Shown here in pieces: positions 8,064 through 18,009 of a DNA stretch of 64,000 nucleotides. The translations under genes were made by a program, and so were the position numbers. The notes beneath the pieces are model-generated. The model searched no databases and had not been told where the DNA came from. It saw only the letters and a list, made by a program, of their open reading frames with translations. The DNA lies in the IMG/VR virus record IMGVR_UViG_3300042879_003566, positions 16,458-80,457 of that record. The stretch is one strand, 5' to 3'. Position 1 is the stretch's first letter. Each line of letters begins with the position of its first letter. The stretch is from a virus.

Positions 8064-10316
8064 CTACGCGCCCTTGAGAGCTGCTACTTCAGCTTCCAAG
8101 GTTTCGATGCGACCGATGGCTTCCTGAAGCGCAGCAGTCAGCAACGGCACAAGCTTGGATTGGTCGATGCCTTGGTAGACGGGATTGCCGTCTTCGTCCA
8201 CTTCATCCTTGGCGCCAGTGACGCACTCAGGAACAACAGCTTGGGCTTCGTGAGCAATGAAACCATCAACCTGTATATCGGGATCAGCGATAAAGTTGAA
8301 GCGGCTGGGCTTGAGTTGCAGCACACGCTCCGATGCGCCAGTGAGTGGAATGATGTTTTCTTTTAAGCGGTAGTCGGAAGAAGTTGTAAACGACGTTGCC
8401 GTACCGCTAGTGCTGATTGAACCAACAACACCATTACCATTGCTGAAACTAATGTGAAATCTAGCTGCGGTTGAACTTGCATAACACTCAAGTGCAACGC
8501 CACTTGCATTATTAGTCGCGCCGCTAGTGGCAGTTAGATATGCAGTTGTATTTACACCGCCAGCGTTAACGGTTGACCCATAGCCAATTCTTTGGGCGCT
8601 GTTAATGCGTAAAGCCTCCGTCGGGCTGCTCGCTCCATCGGCGGTAGTGGAGAACACTAATCTGCCCGGAATATCTGTATTTGAAGAACTTGCTCCGTCA
8701 GTAAAAACATCGATTGATGCATAACCATAATTGCTGCTGGTGTTGTCGTTACTTATGAATCGCAGAGCGCCAATCTGGGTATTAGCAGCGGTTGGGCGAG
8801 CTGTGTTGCGCCTAATGTCTATAGCGCCAGTAGCATTGTCAGACGTGTTTCCCGCAAAAACGGCTCTAGCGTTGCCATCGTAACTAGACGTGCCAACTAA
8901 CAGGCGTCCCGAACTGTCGATGCGGGCACGTTCTGAACCAACAGTATTGAATACAATCTGACCAGCACCGGCATTGTTGTTTATATCAAACTGCAAAAGT
9001 TCATTTGAGCCTCCATTGTTGGAGATCGCTGCAGTATTAACATTACTGCTATTGGCGAATCGAATTTGAGACCCAAGGCCGCCGGAGGTGTTAAAACCAA
9101 TATAACCGGTAGCAGTCTTAACATCAAAGATCCAGCTAGGCGTCTGAGTGCCAATCCCTACTCGGCCACTGGAATCAATGGTAATCCCCGTAGAGTTAAA
9201 AGAATCGCCTACATTGATTCCAAAGGTATTGGTGCTGCTGCGATAGCCGGATGTCCACTGAACCGTGTTGGTGGAGTCGGAGTATGTATGCTTTGCATGG
9301 TTGCCCGCAGCGCCAGCCTGAAGCCTGACGTTTGTATCTGCAGCGGCTCCTGCATTGATATGCAAGATTGAGCTAACAGTCGAAGTCCCCAGACCTACAC
9401 GCCCGCTTGAATCTATACGCAGTCTTTCAGTAGGACTTGCTGCACCATCAGCCGTTGTACTGAAGACCAGGCGCCCTGGCATGTCATTGGTGCCAGGCGT
9501 CCCATCTACTTCACCGGCAACAGTTGCCGCTTCGATAAAACTAGTACCATCTGCACCGTGAAAAGTTAAAGTTCCAAGGCGGCTTCCACTGACAACCGCA
9601 GCATTTGAACCAAGTGTTGCTGCACCTGATCTTCCAAGAAGAACGTAAGGAGGGTCATTGCTTACAGCATTATTAATTACGCTTAAAGCACCCCGTGCAG
9701 TAGAACCACCTGTTCCTTCTGTTTGAGTTAAAGAACTAAGAGTTGTGCCAAAGAAATTACTACGCGCTGTAGATGTGCCAACTAACAGGCGTCCACTGGA
9801 GTCTAGGCGCATGCGCTCGACGCTGTTTGTCCAAAAAGTAATTGGTTGCGCTGCTGTCTGAAATAAACGGGTCAATCCTGTAGTGTCTTGACCGATTAAG
9901 AACGGATCAGGGCTGCCATTGTTGCCACTGAAAGTGGCATACGCAGCGGCAGATGTACCAGCAAAAACATGCAGCGATGTTTGCGGGCTTGCTATGCCCA
10001 CCCCAACACGCCCATTCGCATCAACGAACAACCGCCCAGTGCCATTAGTTGAGATGGCTACTTGGTTTGCCCCTGGTGAGTACACTCCAGTGTCTGGGTC
10101 TGTGGTCCAGCTGTAGGTTGGGGCGGAAGCACTACCTAATGAAACAGCTTCTAATTGACCAGCGGAATCAATCCGTAAGCGTTCAGTTGTATTAGTTGCA
10201 AACGACAGTTGATTTGTCGCAGACAGGTACACACCATTTGCAGGTGCACTACTTGTTCCAGTAAAAGAAAGTGCCTGAACTAAATTATCAATTAGCTGGG
10301 CTTTTGTCTGCGACAT
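8064..10316 (-). CDS. tail fibre protein with C-terminal intramolecular chaperone (peptidase S74)
   Basis: Repeated ER.RIDSSGR(L/V)(L/G)(V/I)GT units; SDYRLKENI...GFIAHE...IDQSKLVPLLTAALQE followed by a coiled coil. Confidence 0.9.
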   Translation of the reverse strand: MSQTKAQLIDNLVQALSFTGTSSAPANGVYLSATNQLSFATNTTERLRIDSAGQLEAVSLGSASAPTYSWTTDPDTGVYSPGANQVAISTNGTGRLFVDANGRVGVGIASPQTSLHVFAGTSAAAYATFSGNNGSPDPFLIGQDTTGLTRLFQTAAQPITFWTNSVERMRLDSSGRLLVGTSTARSNFFGTTLSSLTQTEGTGGSTARGALSVINNAVSNDPPYVLLGRSGAATLGSNAAVVSGSRLGTLTFHGADGTSFIEAATVAGEVDGTPGTNDMPGRLVFSTTADGAASPTERLRIDSSGRVGLGTSTVSSILHINAGAAADTNVRLQAGAAGNHAKHTYSDSTNTVQWTSGYRSSTNTFGINVGDSFNSTGITIDSSGRVGIGTQTPSWIFDVKTATGYIGFNTSGGLGSQIRFANSSNVNTAAISNNGGSNELLQFDINNNAGAGQIVFNTVGSERARIDSSGRLLVGTSSYDGNARAVFAGNTSDNATGAIDIRRNTARPTAANTQIGALRFISNDNTSSNYGYASIDVFTDGASSSNTDIPGRLVFSTTADGASSPTEALRINSAQRIGYGSTVNAGGVNTTAYLTATSGATNNASGVALECYASSTAARFHISFSNGNGVVGSISTSGTATSFTTSSDYRLKENIIPLTGASERVLQLKPSRFNFIADPDIQVDGFIAHEAQAVVPECVTGAKDEVDEDGNPVYQGIDQSKLVPLLTAALQEAIGRIETLEAEVAALKGA

Positions 10317-10351
10317 CTTAAAGAACGGTTTCCAGTTCTTTCATTTTAATG

Positions 10352-10612
10352 TTAGTTGCCCAATAACCTTTCAAGTGAATGCGCCTGGTGTTGCTGGTAG
10401 TAACCAAGCCGTTCTTGAATCAAGTTATAGTAATTGATGGCAGCATCAACCATTTCTTCTGCATCCATACTGGCAGCCAGTTGTTCATTAGCCAGCATGC
10501 CTGCAGTTAAAACAGTGACGCCCCATTCAAGCTTGGAGCCAATAATTGCAGGAAGAGGAGTGCCATCGCTGGTGAACCCAGCCATTAATCTGGTCAGGTT
10601 CTCATCAGCCAT
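10352..10612 (-). CDS. hypothetical protein
   Basis: 86-aa ORF with GGAG upstream. Confidence 0.65.
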   Translation of the reverse strand: MADENLTRLMAGFTSDGTPLPAIIGSKLEWGVTVLTAGMLANEQLAASMDAEEMVDAAINYYNLIQERLGYYQQHQAHSLERLLGN

Positions 10613-10648
10613 AGCACTCCTGTGTTGTTACCTTTATTGTATAGGCTT

Positions 10649-10897
10649 TTATTTAGTAGCCCGTTCTAAATAATACCAATAAGCATGGGTTGCATTTTGG
10701 TGAAACCGTTTGCCAAGCAATAGCTTGAGTTTTTTCTGCTCCAGTTCATCCATACGATTTTCATTGTATGGAAGGACATCACCACTGCCATCTTTAAGCA
10801 TGTTCATCTCAAGGTCATTCATCTCCAGCTGGAGATCAAAGTCTTTGATGGCATGCTGATGACAATTCATCTTGATGGAAGCTTCTTCAGCATTCAT
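10649..10897 (-). CDS. hypothetical protein
   Basis: 3' part of ORF 10649..11227; the likely start MNAEEAS overlaps the end of the Gp157-like gene. Confidence 0.55.
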   Translation of the reverse strand: MNAEEASIKMNCHQHAIKDFDLQLEMNDLEMNMLKDGSGDVLPYNENRMDELEQKKLKLLLGKRFHQNATHAYWYYLERATK

Positions 10898-11606
10898 CGG
10901 CGCATCGATCTTCAGGAAGAAGGTCTCTTGGATACTCGGATGACGCCAGGTCCACTGAGGACTTTCCATAGATTCGAGAGGAGCGGATGGAATATTCTTG
11001 AAAGACCTTGACTCCTTGGGGGAGTAGCTGACCAGCTTGGTGGGCACTGCGGATTGCATCAAGGTTTGGGAGAACGTTTGTTTTATTAGAAGGTTCAATC
11101 CTTTCAGAAAGGATTTCTCCTGACATTGAACGTAACACAGTTCGCTTGGTTGTGGTGACTTCTTCTTCAACACAAAAGTGCTGTCGTTCTTCAGAAGACC
11201 AAAACTCCGGATCCGACTTGATTTCAACAGTTAAGTCTTTCTTTTTAACAAGAGTGAACTGATAGTTGCGGCCAGTAATTTTATTGGCATCAACCGGTAG
11301 CACCCGCTTCAAATAATTGAGCAGGTGCTTGAGGCTATCGACTTGGGACTCGTGATGCTTTTGGGCCTTTAGGATAAGACCCTTTTCTTTTTTGATCCGC
11401 TCAACAGCATCCTCATGGGCTGCCATGGCGTAGTAGATACGATCAATCTTTTCAGACCGTAGGGTAATACAAGCTTCCAGCTCTGCTCGCGCCAAGTCTT
11501 GGGACTCAGGAGTGAGGAGAGGAAGAGAGCGTTCCAGGGCACCATAGTGCTCGTATAGCTGGATGACATTCAGCTCTTTGAGCTTAGTGTGAGTGATTTG
11601 AGCCAT
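10887..11606 (-). CDS. siphovirus Gp157-like protein
   Basis: Helical N-terminus, KID.I...ERIKKEK...LKHLL.YL, C-terminal GVKV.QEYSIR. Confidence 0.6.
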   Translation of the reverse strand: MAQITHTKLKELNVIQLYEHYGALERSLPLLTPESQDLARAELEACITLRSEKIDRIYYAMAAHEDAVERIKKEKGLILKAQKHHESQVDSLKHLLNYLKRVLPVDANKITGRNYQFTLVKKKDLTVEIKSDPEFWSSEERQHFCVEEEVTTTKRTVLRSMSGEILSERIEPSNKTNVLPNLDAIRSAHQAGQLLPQGVKVFQEYSIRSSRIYGKSSVDLASSEYPRDLLPEDRCADEC

Positions 11607-11654
11607 GGCTTGATTTGTGTTGGAATGGTGTTACGGCTAATCAGGCAATAACCA

Positions 11655-11774
11655 TCAGCCGTTTTGAAAGTGTGATTGAAGTTTATTGAGTGTGTAGGCC
11701 AGCAGCGCTGCGGCTGCTGTCCAAAGAAGATCACGGACAACAGAAGTAATGCTTGAAAGAATGAAGTCGAACAT
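11655..11774 (-). CDS. 39-aa putative membrane peptide (not in ORF track)
   Basis: MFDFILSSITSVVRDLLWTAAAALLAYTLNKLQSHFQNG, preceded by a CA-rich leader and pseudoknot copy 1. Confidence 0.5.
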   Translation of the reverse strand: MFDFILSSITSVVRDLLWTAAAALLAYTLNKLQSHFQNG

Positions 11775-11794
11775 TGGATGGTGTGGTTAAAAAG

Positions 11795-11823
11795 CTGGTC
11801 AGTTTAACGTCATGACCAGGACG
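11795..11823 (-). ncRNA. repeated pseudoknot motif A, copy 1
   Basis: CGTC-CT-GGTC-AT-GACG-TTAAACT-GACC(AG). Confidence 0.7.
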
Positions 11824-11828
11824 GAGAC

Positions 11829-12245
11829 TCAAGCTGACGTTTCCGCCGAGTCGTCGAAGCAGTCTACCAGGTCTGTCAAGCCAACCTTGGTGACTGTTAC
11901 AAGGTTTGCAATGTAATCCGTCAATGCTTCAACCTTGGCATTGACAGAGTCCAGTTTTTCGGACAGTTCTTCGCGACTTGGTGAAATAAAGTCAAGGGTT
12001 TCTTCTTTGAAGGTGTCAGGGTTTTCTTTGCGTTGAATCTTGCGGGCGTCATCGTTTGTTGAATAGAGAACATCGGTAAACAAATCGTATTTAGTTTTTT
12101 CAGAAGGCTTGGCATAACCAAAGTCCTTTGCACATTTTTCAATGGCTTTGTCAAATTCAAAATACAAGTACAGCAAATGTGCTGCTTCTTGCAAGAACAG
12201 ATCCTTGTAGCGGTCAAACTCAAGGCCGTAAGTATCAAGTGACAT
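11829..12245 (-). CDS. hypothetical protein
   Basis: ORF 11829..12311; likely start MSLDTYG. Confidence 0.6.
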   Translation of the reverse strand: MSLDTYGLEFDRYKDLFLQEAAHLLYLYFEFDKAIEKCAKDFGYAKPSEKTKYDLFTDVLYSTNDDARKIQRKENPDTFKEETLDFISPSREELSEKLDSVNAKVEALTDYIANLVTVTKVGLTDLVDCFDDSAETSA

Positions 12246-12435
12246 GGGGAAAATCGACATCAATGGCGGTTTGTAAAGCTTTAAGGACAAAGTCCTGCTG
12301 GTGTTGTTCACCCCAGCTGGTCCATTCTGCTAGATCTGGGTCGGTATCGTCCCACTCAATGTGGATACAACACCCACCATCGTCTTCTTCAATCACCTCT
12401 AGCTGCAGCTTCGTTATCCAAGTGTTGTTCGACAT
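12235..12435 (-). CDS. small acidic hypothetical protein
   Basis: Part of the overlapping - strand gene chain. Confidence 0.55.
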   Translation of the reverse strand: MSNNTWITKLQLEVIEEDDGGCCIHIEWDDTDPDLAEWTSWGEQHQQDFVLKALQTAIDVDFPHVT

Positions 12436-12616
12436 GGGCAATCAACATGTTTTGAACATAGTCTTCGTGATGCATCCTAAGGTCTGCAGCCATCTTTACA
12501 AGTTCCCAGTGAGTGTCTTCTGGAACTTCAAGGTCATAGCGTTGGTAGTTGCTCATGAAATTAACAGTTGGTTGCGTTGCAAGTTGACGAGCGTATTCAA
12601 GGATGTCGTCAGTCAT
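12389..12616 (-). CDS. hypothetical protein
   Basis: ATGA overlap with the upstream gene. Confidence 0.55.
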   Translation of the reverse strand: MTDDILEYARQLATQPTVNFMSNYQRYDLEVPEDTHWELVKMAADLRMHHEDYVQNMLIAHVEQHLDNEAAARGD

Positions 12617-13548
12617 TTTTTGGTTGTAGTTTTGAGTTGAGGCAAAGCAACACCTGGGAAAGGCACGTAGCCTGACTCCAGCATGTTATCGAACAAAGTC
12701 CAGGCATCATGCTGGGTGAACACCTCCTTTGGTTTGTAGGTACGCCAGTGGGTTAGCGGTGCTTGTGCACCATGTTTGGTGTGCAGCAACAAGAAACGTC
12801 CATCCGTAATGGCATCCGACGGTGGTGCATACCACCAAGCCACACACTTATCAGGTGCGTAGGCAGGACAGGCATTGCGTACTTCAGTACGTTTGCACAG
12901 AAGATCTCTGTATTTGTTGAACCAAGTCAGGTGGATGCACCAAGGTTTGAACCCTTGGATCTCTTGTTGGAATTGCGATAGATGATTGAGCTGACGCTGA
13001 AAGGACCCACACGAGCAGCTAGGTTCGCCAAAGCTGGACCGTTGTTCATTCTCATCCAGTTCAGAGTCCATGTCAACGAGCCGATCCTCAAGCCGAAACC
13101 CGTCCGGTGCAACCAGATATCCAAGGTCGGTCTGGTCAGACTGAAGTACGGCTTTGAGCTGGTCTTGGTCTGAAAGGCGAATGAACTTGTCTGCCCACTG
13201 GGCTTGGAGACGAGCGTTAACGGTGTGCGATCCAAGGGCATGAACGTAGCTCCATCCTTTGAACATAACGTAGGCATTCTGATTCCAGATACTTGGACCC
13301 CTGTAATTGGGGCCAAGGTAAGCAAAGAAATCTTTTAGCCTGTTGGTAAAAGAAACAAATGCTTCTTTTATTGGTTGGCGTGGATAATCAACTTTGCTAC
13401 CGTCACGGTAAAGCACACGGCAAAGGTCATCAAAAAGATAGATGCCCGTGACATCGGCTTCATTGAAGTCCGGGAACGCACGGCGTATATTCGTCCGTGT
13501 GTAGATGAACGTTTGAGCTTCATTAAGTTCAAGCAGAGTTTCAGTCAT
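12613..13548 (-). CDS. SWIM-type zinc-finger protein
   Basis: CSCGSF...PWCIHL (CxC...CxH); ACACCACACC leader. Confidence 0.65.
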   Translation of the reverse strand: MTETLLELNEAQTFIYTRTNIRRAFPDFNEADVTGIYLFDDLCRVLYRDGSKVDYPRQPIKEAFVSFTNRLKDFFAYLGPNYRGPSIWNQNAYVMFKGWSYVHALGSHTVNARLQAQWADKFIRLSDQDQLKAVLQSDQTDLGYLVAPDGFRLEDRLVDMDSELDENEQRSSFGEPSCSCGSFQRQLNHLSQFQQEIQGFKPWCIHLTWFNKYRDLLCKRTEVRNACPAYAPDKCVAWWYAPPSDAITDGRFLLLHTKHGAQAPLTHWRTYKPKEVFTQHDAWTLFDNMLESGYVPFPGVALPQLKTTTKK

Positions 13549-13574
13549 AGCAGATTGGTGTGGTGTGAAATGTG

Positions 13575-13778
13575 TCAGATGAACAGATCGGGATCTTGTC
13601 CTGACCGCTGGAGCTTAACACGTTCTTGTTCCTTGAGGTAGGCGGATTTACCAACCTTGTAGGTTGCGTAGCCAAGTGCTGCCCAGGCAACGGGATTACC
13701 AAGGACAAGAAGTGCACCGGCTCCAATGGCGCCAAATGTTCCTGCAGTTTTAAGAACTGCTTTGTGCTCTGGTTTCAT
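13575..13778 (-). CDS. small membrane protein
   Basis: Hydrophobic Gly/Ala segment FGAIGAGALLVLGNPVAWAALGY. Confidence 0.6.
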   Translation of the reverse strand: MKPEHKAVLKTAGTFGAIGAGALLVLGNPVAWAALGYATYKVGKSAYLKEQERVKLQRSGQDPDLFI

Positions 13779-13859
13779 GAGGTGATTGTTAATACATTTG
13801 GAAAAAGATAAACGGTGTTTACTATAGAAGTAAAATTAAGTAACAATTGAATACATTCC

Positions 13860-14123
13860 ATGGATCAAATTAAGTATGTGTCGCTGTCTCAATTCCAAAT
13901 CGAACCATCGTTAGACGATAAGTTTTGGGAAGAGAAGCTAAAGCGCACAATCCAGGAATGTAATTCGGTTAGTGCATTGAAAGAAATAGCGACCCTCTTA
14001 GCGAGGATCGCTACCCAAAGACAAGGTGTAATAAGGGGATTGGTACAAGATATGTTCATCTTTAATAACGTTGCCGTTAATCAAGATGATCTTGCCAACC
14101 CCCAGGTTGAATCAGATCAGTGA
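13860..14123 (+). CDS. possible NblA-like helical hairpin protein
   Basis: Lone + strand gene with its own TAAAAT; SLDDKF..EKLKRTIQ...LKE....L pattern loosely resembles NblA. Confidence 0.4.
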   Translation: MDQIKYVSLSQFQIEPSLDDKFWEEKLKRTIQECNSVSALKEIATLLARIATQRQGVIRGLVQDMFIFNNVAVNQDDLANPQVESDQ

Positions 14124-15212
14124 ATCGTCTTCACCGGTCATTGGATCACGGGCAGGCAAAGCCTTGACTTCGACATCCGTGGTGCGGGACACAGGAAGAA
14201 TCTCAACACCAGCCTTGATTCCATAGGCACCGCCAAGCTTTTCAGCATCTTGCCGTGCGTGTTGGTTGATGTAATCGCTGAACATTTCCTGGAACTTCCA
14301 GGTGGATTCACGATCTTCATCAGGAATCGAGAGGCGATTCAATGATTCGATTGCAGTTTCCTGATCGGAATAATCAGGGATGTCAAACGATTCAATAGCG
14401 CAGATCTCAACGTTGTTGGCACCGCGCATCTCATTGGCAAGCACCGGAGCAAAGACGGTGGTTGCATAGAACTTCTCGTTGAATGCAAGAGGAACTTCAG
14501 AGTCCAGTGCTTTGCTCAGACACTTGGACATTTCCTTCTCATACATCTTGATCTTCTCAGACACGTCGGTGCCATTAAGACCCTTCAAAGTCAAGACCAT
14601 GGGGATCTTGTGGGCACGCTTGTTGTCTTCCGTCAGGATGTAAACAAGGTACTTGGTACGCACACTGTACTTGCGCTTGTACATCTCACCTTTGCTATTG
14701 GCAAGGTCGGATGCAATCTTATCGGCTTCAAACAATTCTTTAACGTCTGGATCCTCAAAGGTTCCAATCGTCTGCCTCATCCCAGTTGTTTCCTCAACCA
14801 TAAGGGGAGAACGTAGAAGGACTTGAAGTCGAGGCTCAGTAAAATTGAGTCCTTCTTCCACTGAAGTATTGGGAGCCATACCAAAAGTTTGCTTGTAGTT
14901 CCAGATAAGTGAACCTTTAGCAAATTGATCTTCAGTGGCGTTCCATCCACAAGTGTCAAGGTCTGACTTCCGCACGAACCAACCTCGTGTCTTGGATTTG
15001 TTGAGAGGTTGGATGGTGACGAGATTCTGGTATCCGGACACAAACTTTTTATCTTGGAAAAGTTTGAAGGAATCCAGGCCACGGGTGGCAAGAGCAGAGG
15101 TTTTCTTCATGGTCAAAGTCGTAGTAGGTTTCTTGGGAGAAAAGGAATCAACTTTGGATTGGAGTTCATCCATCCAAGCTTCATCCATCATGTCAACAGG
15201 AGTCGTTGTCAT
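14112..15212 (-). CDS. replication-module hypothetical protein (possible ssDNA-binding or annealing protein)
   Basis: About 366 aa, directly downstream of ssb, acidic C-terminus (GEDDSLI). Confidence 0.6.
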   Translation of the reverse strand: MTTTPVDMMDEAWMDELQSKVDSFSPKKPTTTLTMKKTSALATRGLDSFKLFQDKKFVSGYQNLVTIQPLNKSKTRGWFVRKSDLDTCGWNATEDQFAKGSLIWNYKQTFGMAPNTSVEEGLNFTEPRLQVLLRSPLMVEETTGMRQTIGTFEDPDVKELFEADKIASDLANSKGEMYKRKYSVRTKYLVYILTEDNKRAHKIPMVLTLKGLNGTDVSEKIKMYEKEMSKCLSKALDSEVPLAFNEKFYATTVFAPVLANEMRGANNVEICAIESFDIPDYSDQETAIESLNRLSIPDEDRESTWKFQEMFSDYINQHARQDAEKLGGAYGIKAGVEILPVSRTTDVEVKALPARDPMTGEDDSLI

Positions 15213-15234
15213 GGTTGGTTCGTAGTAGAACAAC

Positions 15235-15261
15235 AGATGCTTTTAACGTCATCCCAGGACG
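15235..15261 (-). ncRNA. repeated pseudoknot motif A, copy 2
   Basis: CGTC-CT-GGGAT-GACG-TTAAAAG-CATCT. Confidence 0.6.
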
Positions 15262-15311
15262 GGCGCCTAGTCTAGGAGTGACCAGGCGCTATGGAACATC
15301 AGCGTTTGTTA

Positions 15312-16127
15312 TCAAAACGGTGCGTTGTCGTCATCTTTGGATGGGCTGCCGTATTGACCAGGGAGATCAGGCAGTCCGCTTTCACCATGACCCCAAGGAT
15401 CAGGTTGTTCATCCATAGTGCGACCACCCCACAGTGAACCAACATTCCCTTCGGATGCAACAGTTGTTTGGGGCTGGATCGGAGCGGAACCATCGACTGC
15501 CTTGGGAGACAGCGTCATCTTCTTAAGTTCGATCTTAGTTTGTATTTTCTTTTCCCTTGAATCTTTATCGATCCAGGAATCAGTAACCAGTCGACCCTTA
15601 ATTGTTAAGCCCGTTCCTTTGCGGGTGAAGTTACACAGAAGTTCTGCGTAGTTAGGCTTATCTTCTGCGTTGTTAATTGCGTAGAAGTTAAAGAGATCAG
15701 ATTGATTGCGACCAGTATTAACCGCAAGGGTTTGGTTGCAGATCATCAAACCACTTGGTGTGGTTTTAAAAGCACGTTCATCTTCGTGGTTGACATCTTT
15801 GACGCAACGTCCACTAAGGATGACAGTGTTAAGAATCGGAAATGTCTCTGCATTAACCATGCCAATGACACCACCATGCAAAGAGAGTTGCCTGGTATCT
15901 AAGTCATAGCGGAGCGTGGAATCATGCAGGTAAATTCCCATGTTCTTTTTCATGCGAGCAAAACGTTCAGCCGTCTTGCCGTAGATGTTAAGTTCGATGG
16001 GAGTGTCTGCTTTCTTAGCGCCGACAGCCGGTAGGCTAATCATGCAGCGCATTGCAGTTGAGTTGGCGCCTGTAAAAACTTCCCGAGGATCTTCAAGAAG
16101 TTGAGCGCAACCAGCAAAGAAATTCAT
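15312..16127 (-). CDS. ssb: single-stranded DNA-binding protein with two tandem OB folds
   Basis: Second half LNTVILSGR..KD...AE....RKG..LTIKGRL.TDSW.DKD; first half is a degenerate copy (YGKTAE...KK...IYL...LRY); tail DDDNAPF. Confidence 0.85.
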   Translation of the reverse strand: MNFFAGCAQLLEDPREVFTGANSTAMRCMISLPAVGAKKADTPIELNIYGKTAERFARMKKNMGIYLHDSTLRYDLDTRQLSLHGGVIGMVNAETFPILNTVILSGRCVKDVNHEDERAFKTTPSGLMICNQTLAVNTGRNQSDLFNFYAINNAEDKPNYAELLCNFTRKGTGLTIKGRLVTDSWIDKDSREKKIQTKIELKKMTLSPKAVDGSAPIQPQTTVASEGNVGSLWGGRTMDEQPDPWGHGESGLPDLPGQYGSPSKDDDNAPF

Positions 16128-16147
16128 TGCAAGAGAAGTAGGGTGGA

Positions 16148-16174
16148 AGGCAGTTTAACGTCATACCTGGGACG
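16148..16174 (-). ncRNA. repeated pseudoknot motif A, copy 3
   Basis: CGTC-CC-AGGT-AT-GACG-TTAAACT-GCCT. Confidence 0.7.
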
Positions 16175-16185
16175 GGTCCATAGAT

Positions 16186-18009
16186 TTAGTGGGTATCAGA
16201 CCAAGTCTTACCAACTCGGGAGTCACCTTCAATCAAGCATTGAAAGTTAAAAAACTCCTGGGCCTGGGGGAATGAAAGCATAGCTTGCTCCCTGATTTTT
16301 TCTGTGTGATCTGGATGGCATGCAATTTGGATTTCATCATGCACCATCAACAGCTGCTCCCAGTCTTGACCGTAGACCAGACCAAGGTTTTGTTCAATGT
16401 TTTGTTGCGTAAAAACAACAACTTGTTTCATAAGGATTGCACCTGCGGATTGCAGGAGAACATTCAATCCTTTGAACGCAGAGCGACAATGCAGAACGCG
16501 ACGATCAAGACCACGCAAATAACCCCGGGATCCAATAGTTTCATCAATCTGTTGTTTAAGTTTCTTTAATGCAGGTACACCTTTCATGAATGAATTGATA
16601 GCATTACTTCCCAGTTGCCGGAGAACTAATTCATCCTTTTCATCAGGGTCGATAATGGTACCAGCCTTGGCAGCACCACATCCGTAAAGCATTCCATACA
16701 ATAACCGCTTACTAATATCACGAGTTGCTACGCCAAACTGCTCTTGGTTATACGTATGGATATCAATTTCCGGGTTAACAACTAGAGAAGCATACTCTCC
16801 GTTGTCCCAAAGGGCCAAGTATCCAGCAAGGCAGCGCAGCTCAAGTGCTTTAGCGTCAATACCAATGAGGTCCCACCCGTAAGGAGCATGGAATAAATTG
16901 CGACATTCCTTTCCATATGGGGAGTAAGACGCAGGCACTTGGCCCATGTTTGGATTACGGTGTGCGCACCGCCCAGTGATGCAACCGTTAGTAATAAGGT
17001 CGCCGTGGATACAGCCAGATTCGTTGTTGAACAACTTGATCCAAGCATTGTTGCCATCTGCAATTTGACCAAGACGTTTTTTGACCAGCATGTATTCTGC
17101 CAATGGCTTGGCTTCTGGGAAAGGCAATGTCTCTAATACCTCATCATTAAGGATTGGATTTCCTTTCTCAGTAGTTTTTTCTGGTCGCCATCCGTACTTC
17201 TGCGCAAGTCGATTAGCAATCTGGTCACGAGATCCAGGATTGAATTCTTCAATGCAGACTTTTTCAAATGGGACACCTTTGACATAGCCACGGGTTTTGT
17301 TGTTGACCTTGGGAGTAAACCAAGAGCGATGTTCAATAGGCGGGAAGACTTTCTTTAACTCGTCTTCAAGTTCTTTTTGTCTTGTGCGTAGTACATCCAC
17401 AAGATCAAAAGCTGCATCAAGATCAAAAGGAACACCTGATCTAACTTGTCGATCAATTGCAAGCGCAAAGTCGTGCTCCAGTTTGAGCGCCGCCTCTGGG
17501 TAGTGTTGCTTGCAGATGTGTTCCCAAAGTTTCTTAGTAACTTCCACGTCTTGGATGCAGTACTTAAGCATCTCTTCTGAATAGACGGAGAAGTCCTTGA
17601 AGTTGATCTTATGATCGGCCAAGCGCCATCCCCACGCCTTAAGCGATGCGGATCCACGTAGGTTCGGTGAAACCTGCGAATATTGTTCGATGTCAAGGTC
17701 ATAGAGAAGTTCTTTGGGCCAGATCAATCGTGTGCAAATGAGTGTGTCAATGATGCGTGATTTGCATGTGAATGAATGTAGTTTTTGTAGGACTGGAATG
17801 TCATAGAAAATAATATTGTGCCCGATCAAAACATCAGCGGTTGCCAGATGAGCAAGAGCATCAGCAATGTGATCAGGCCCATAAGTAAAAGTTTGTTTGC
17901 GTCCAATGTCATAGAGAACAATGCAGTGGATAACTGTGACAGCATCATAAAGATTGTCAGACTCAAGGTCAAAGACCAACCAGGTTTCACTTACGGAATC
18001 TGGCTTCAT
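16186..18009 (-). CDS. polA: DNA polymerase family A (T7-like; 3'-5' exonuclease plus polymerase)
   Basis: ExoI FDLESD, ExoII GHNIIFYD, ExoIII YCIQDV; motif A DAKALELR; motif B KRLLYGMLYG; motif C VHDE. Confidence 0.96.
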   Translation of the reverse strand: MKPDSVSETWLVFDLESDNLYDAVTVIHCIVLYDIGRKQTFTYGPDHIADALAHLATADVLIGHNIIFYDIPVLQKLHSFTCKSRIIDTLICTRLIWPKELLYDLDIEQYSQVSPNLRGSASLKAWGWRLADHKINFKDFSVYSEEMLKYCIQDVEVTKKLWEHICKQHYPEAALKLEHDFALAIDRQVRSGVPFDLDAAFDLVDVLRTRQKELEDELKKVFPPIEHRSWFTPKVNNKTRGYVKGVPFEKVCIEEFNPGSRDQIANRLAQKYGWRPEKTTEKGNPILNDEVLETLPFPEAKPLAEYMLVKKRLGQIADGNNAWIKLFNNESGCIHGDLITNGCITGRCAHRNPNMGQVPASYSPYGKECRNLFHAPYGWDLIGIDAKALELRCLAGYLALWDNGEYASLVVNPEIDIHTYNQEQFGVATRDISKRLLYGMLYGCGAAKAGTIIDPDEKDELVLRQLGSNAINSFMKGVPALKKLKQQIDETIGSRGYLRGLDRRVLHCRSAFKGLNVLLQSAGAILMKQVVVFTQQNIEQNLGLVYGQDWEQLLMVHDEIQIACHPDHTEKIREQAMLSFPQAQEFFNFQCLIEGDSRVGKTWSDTH

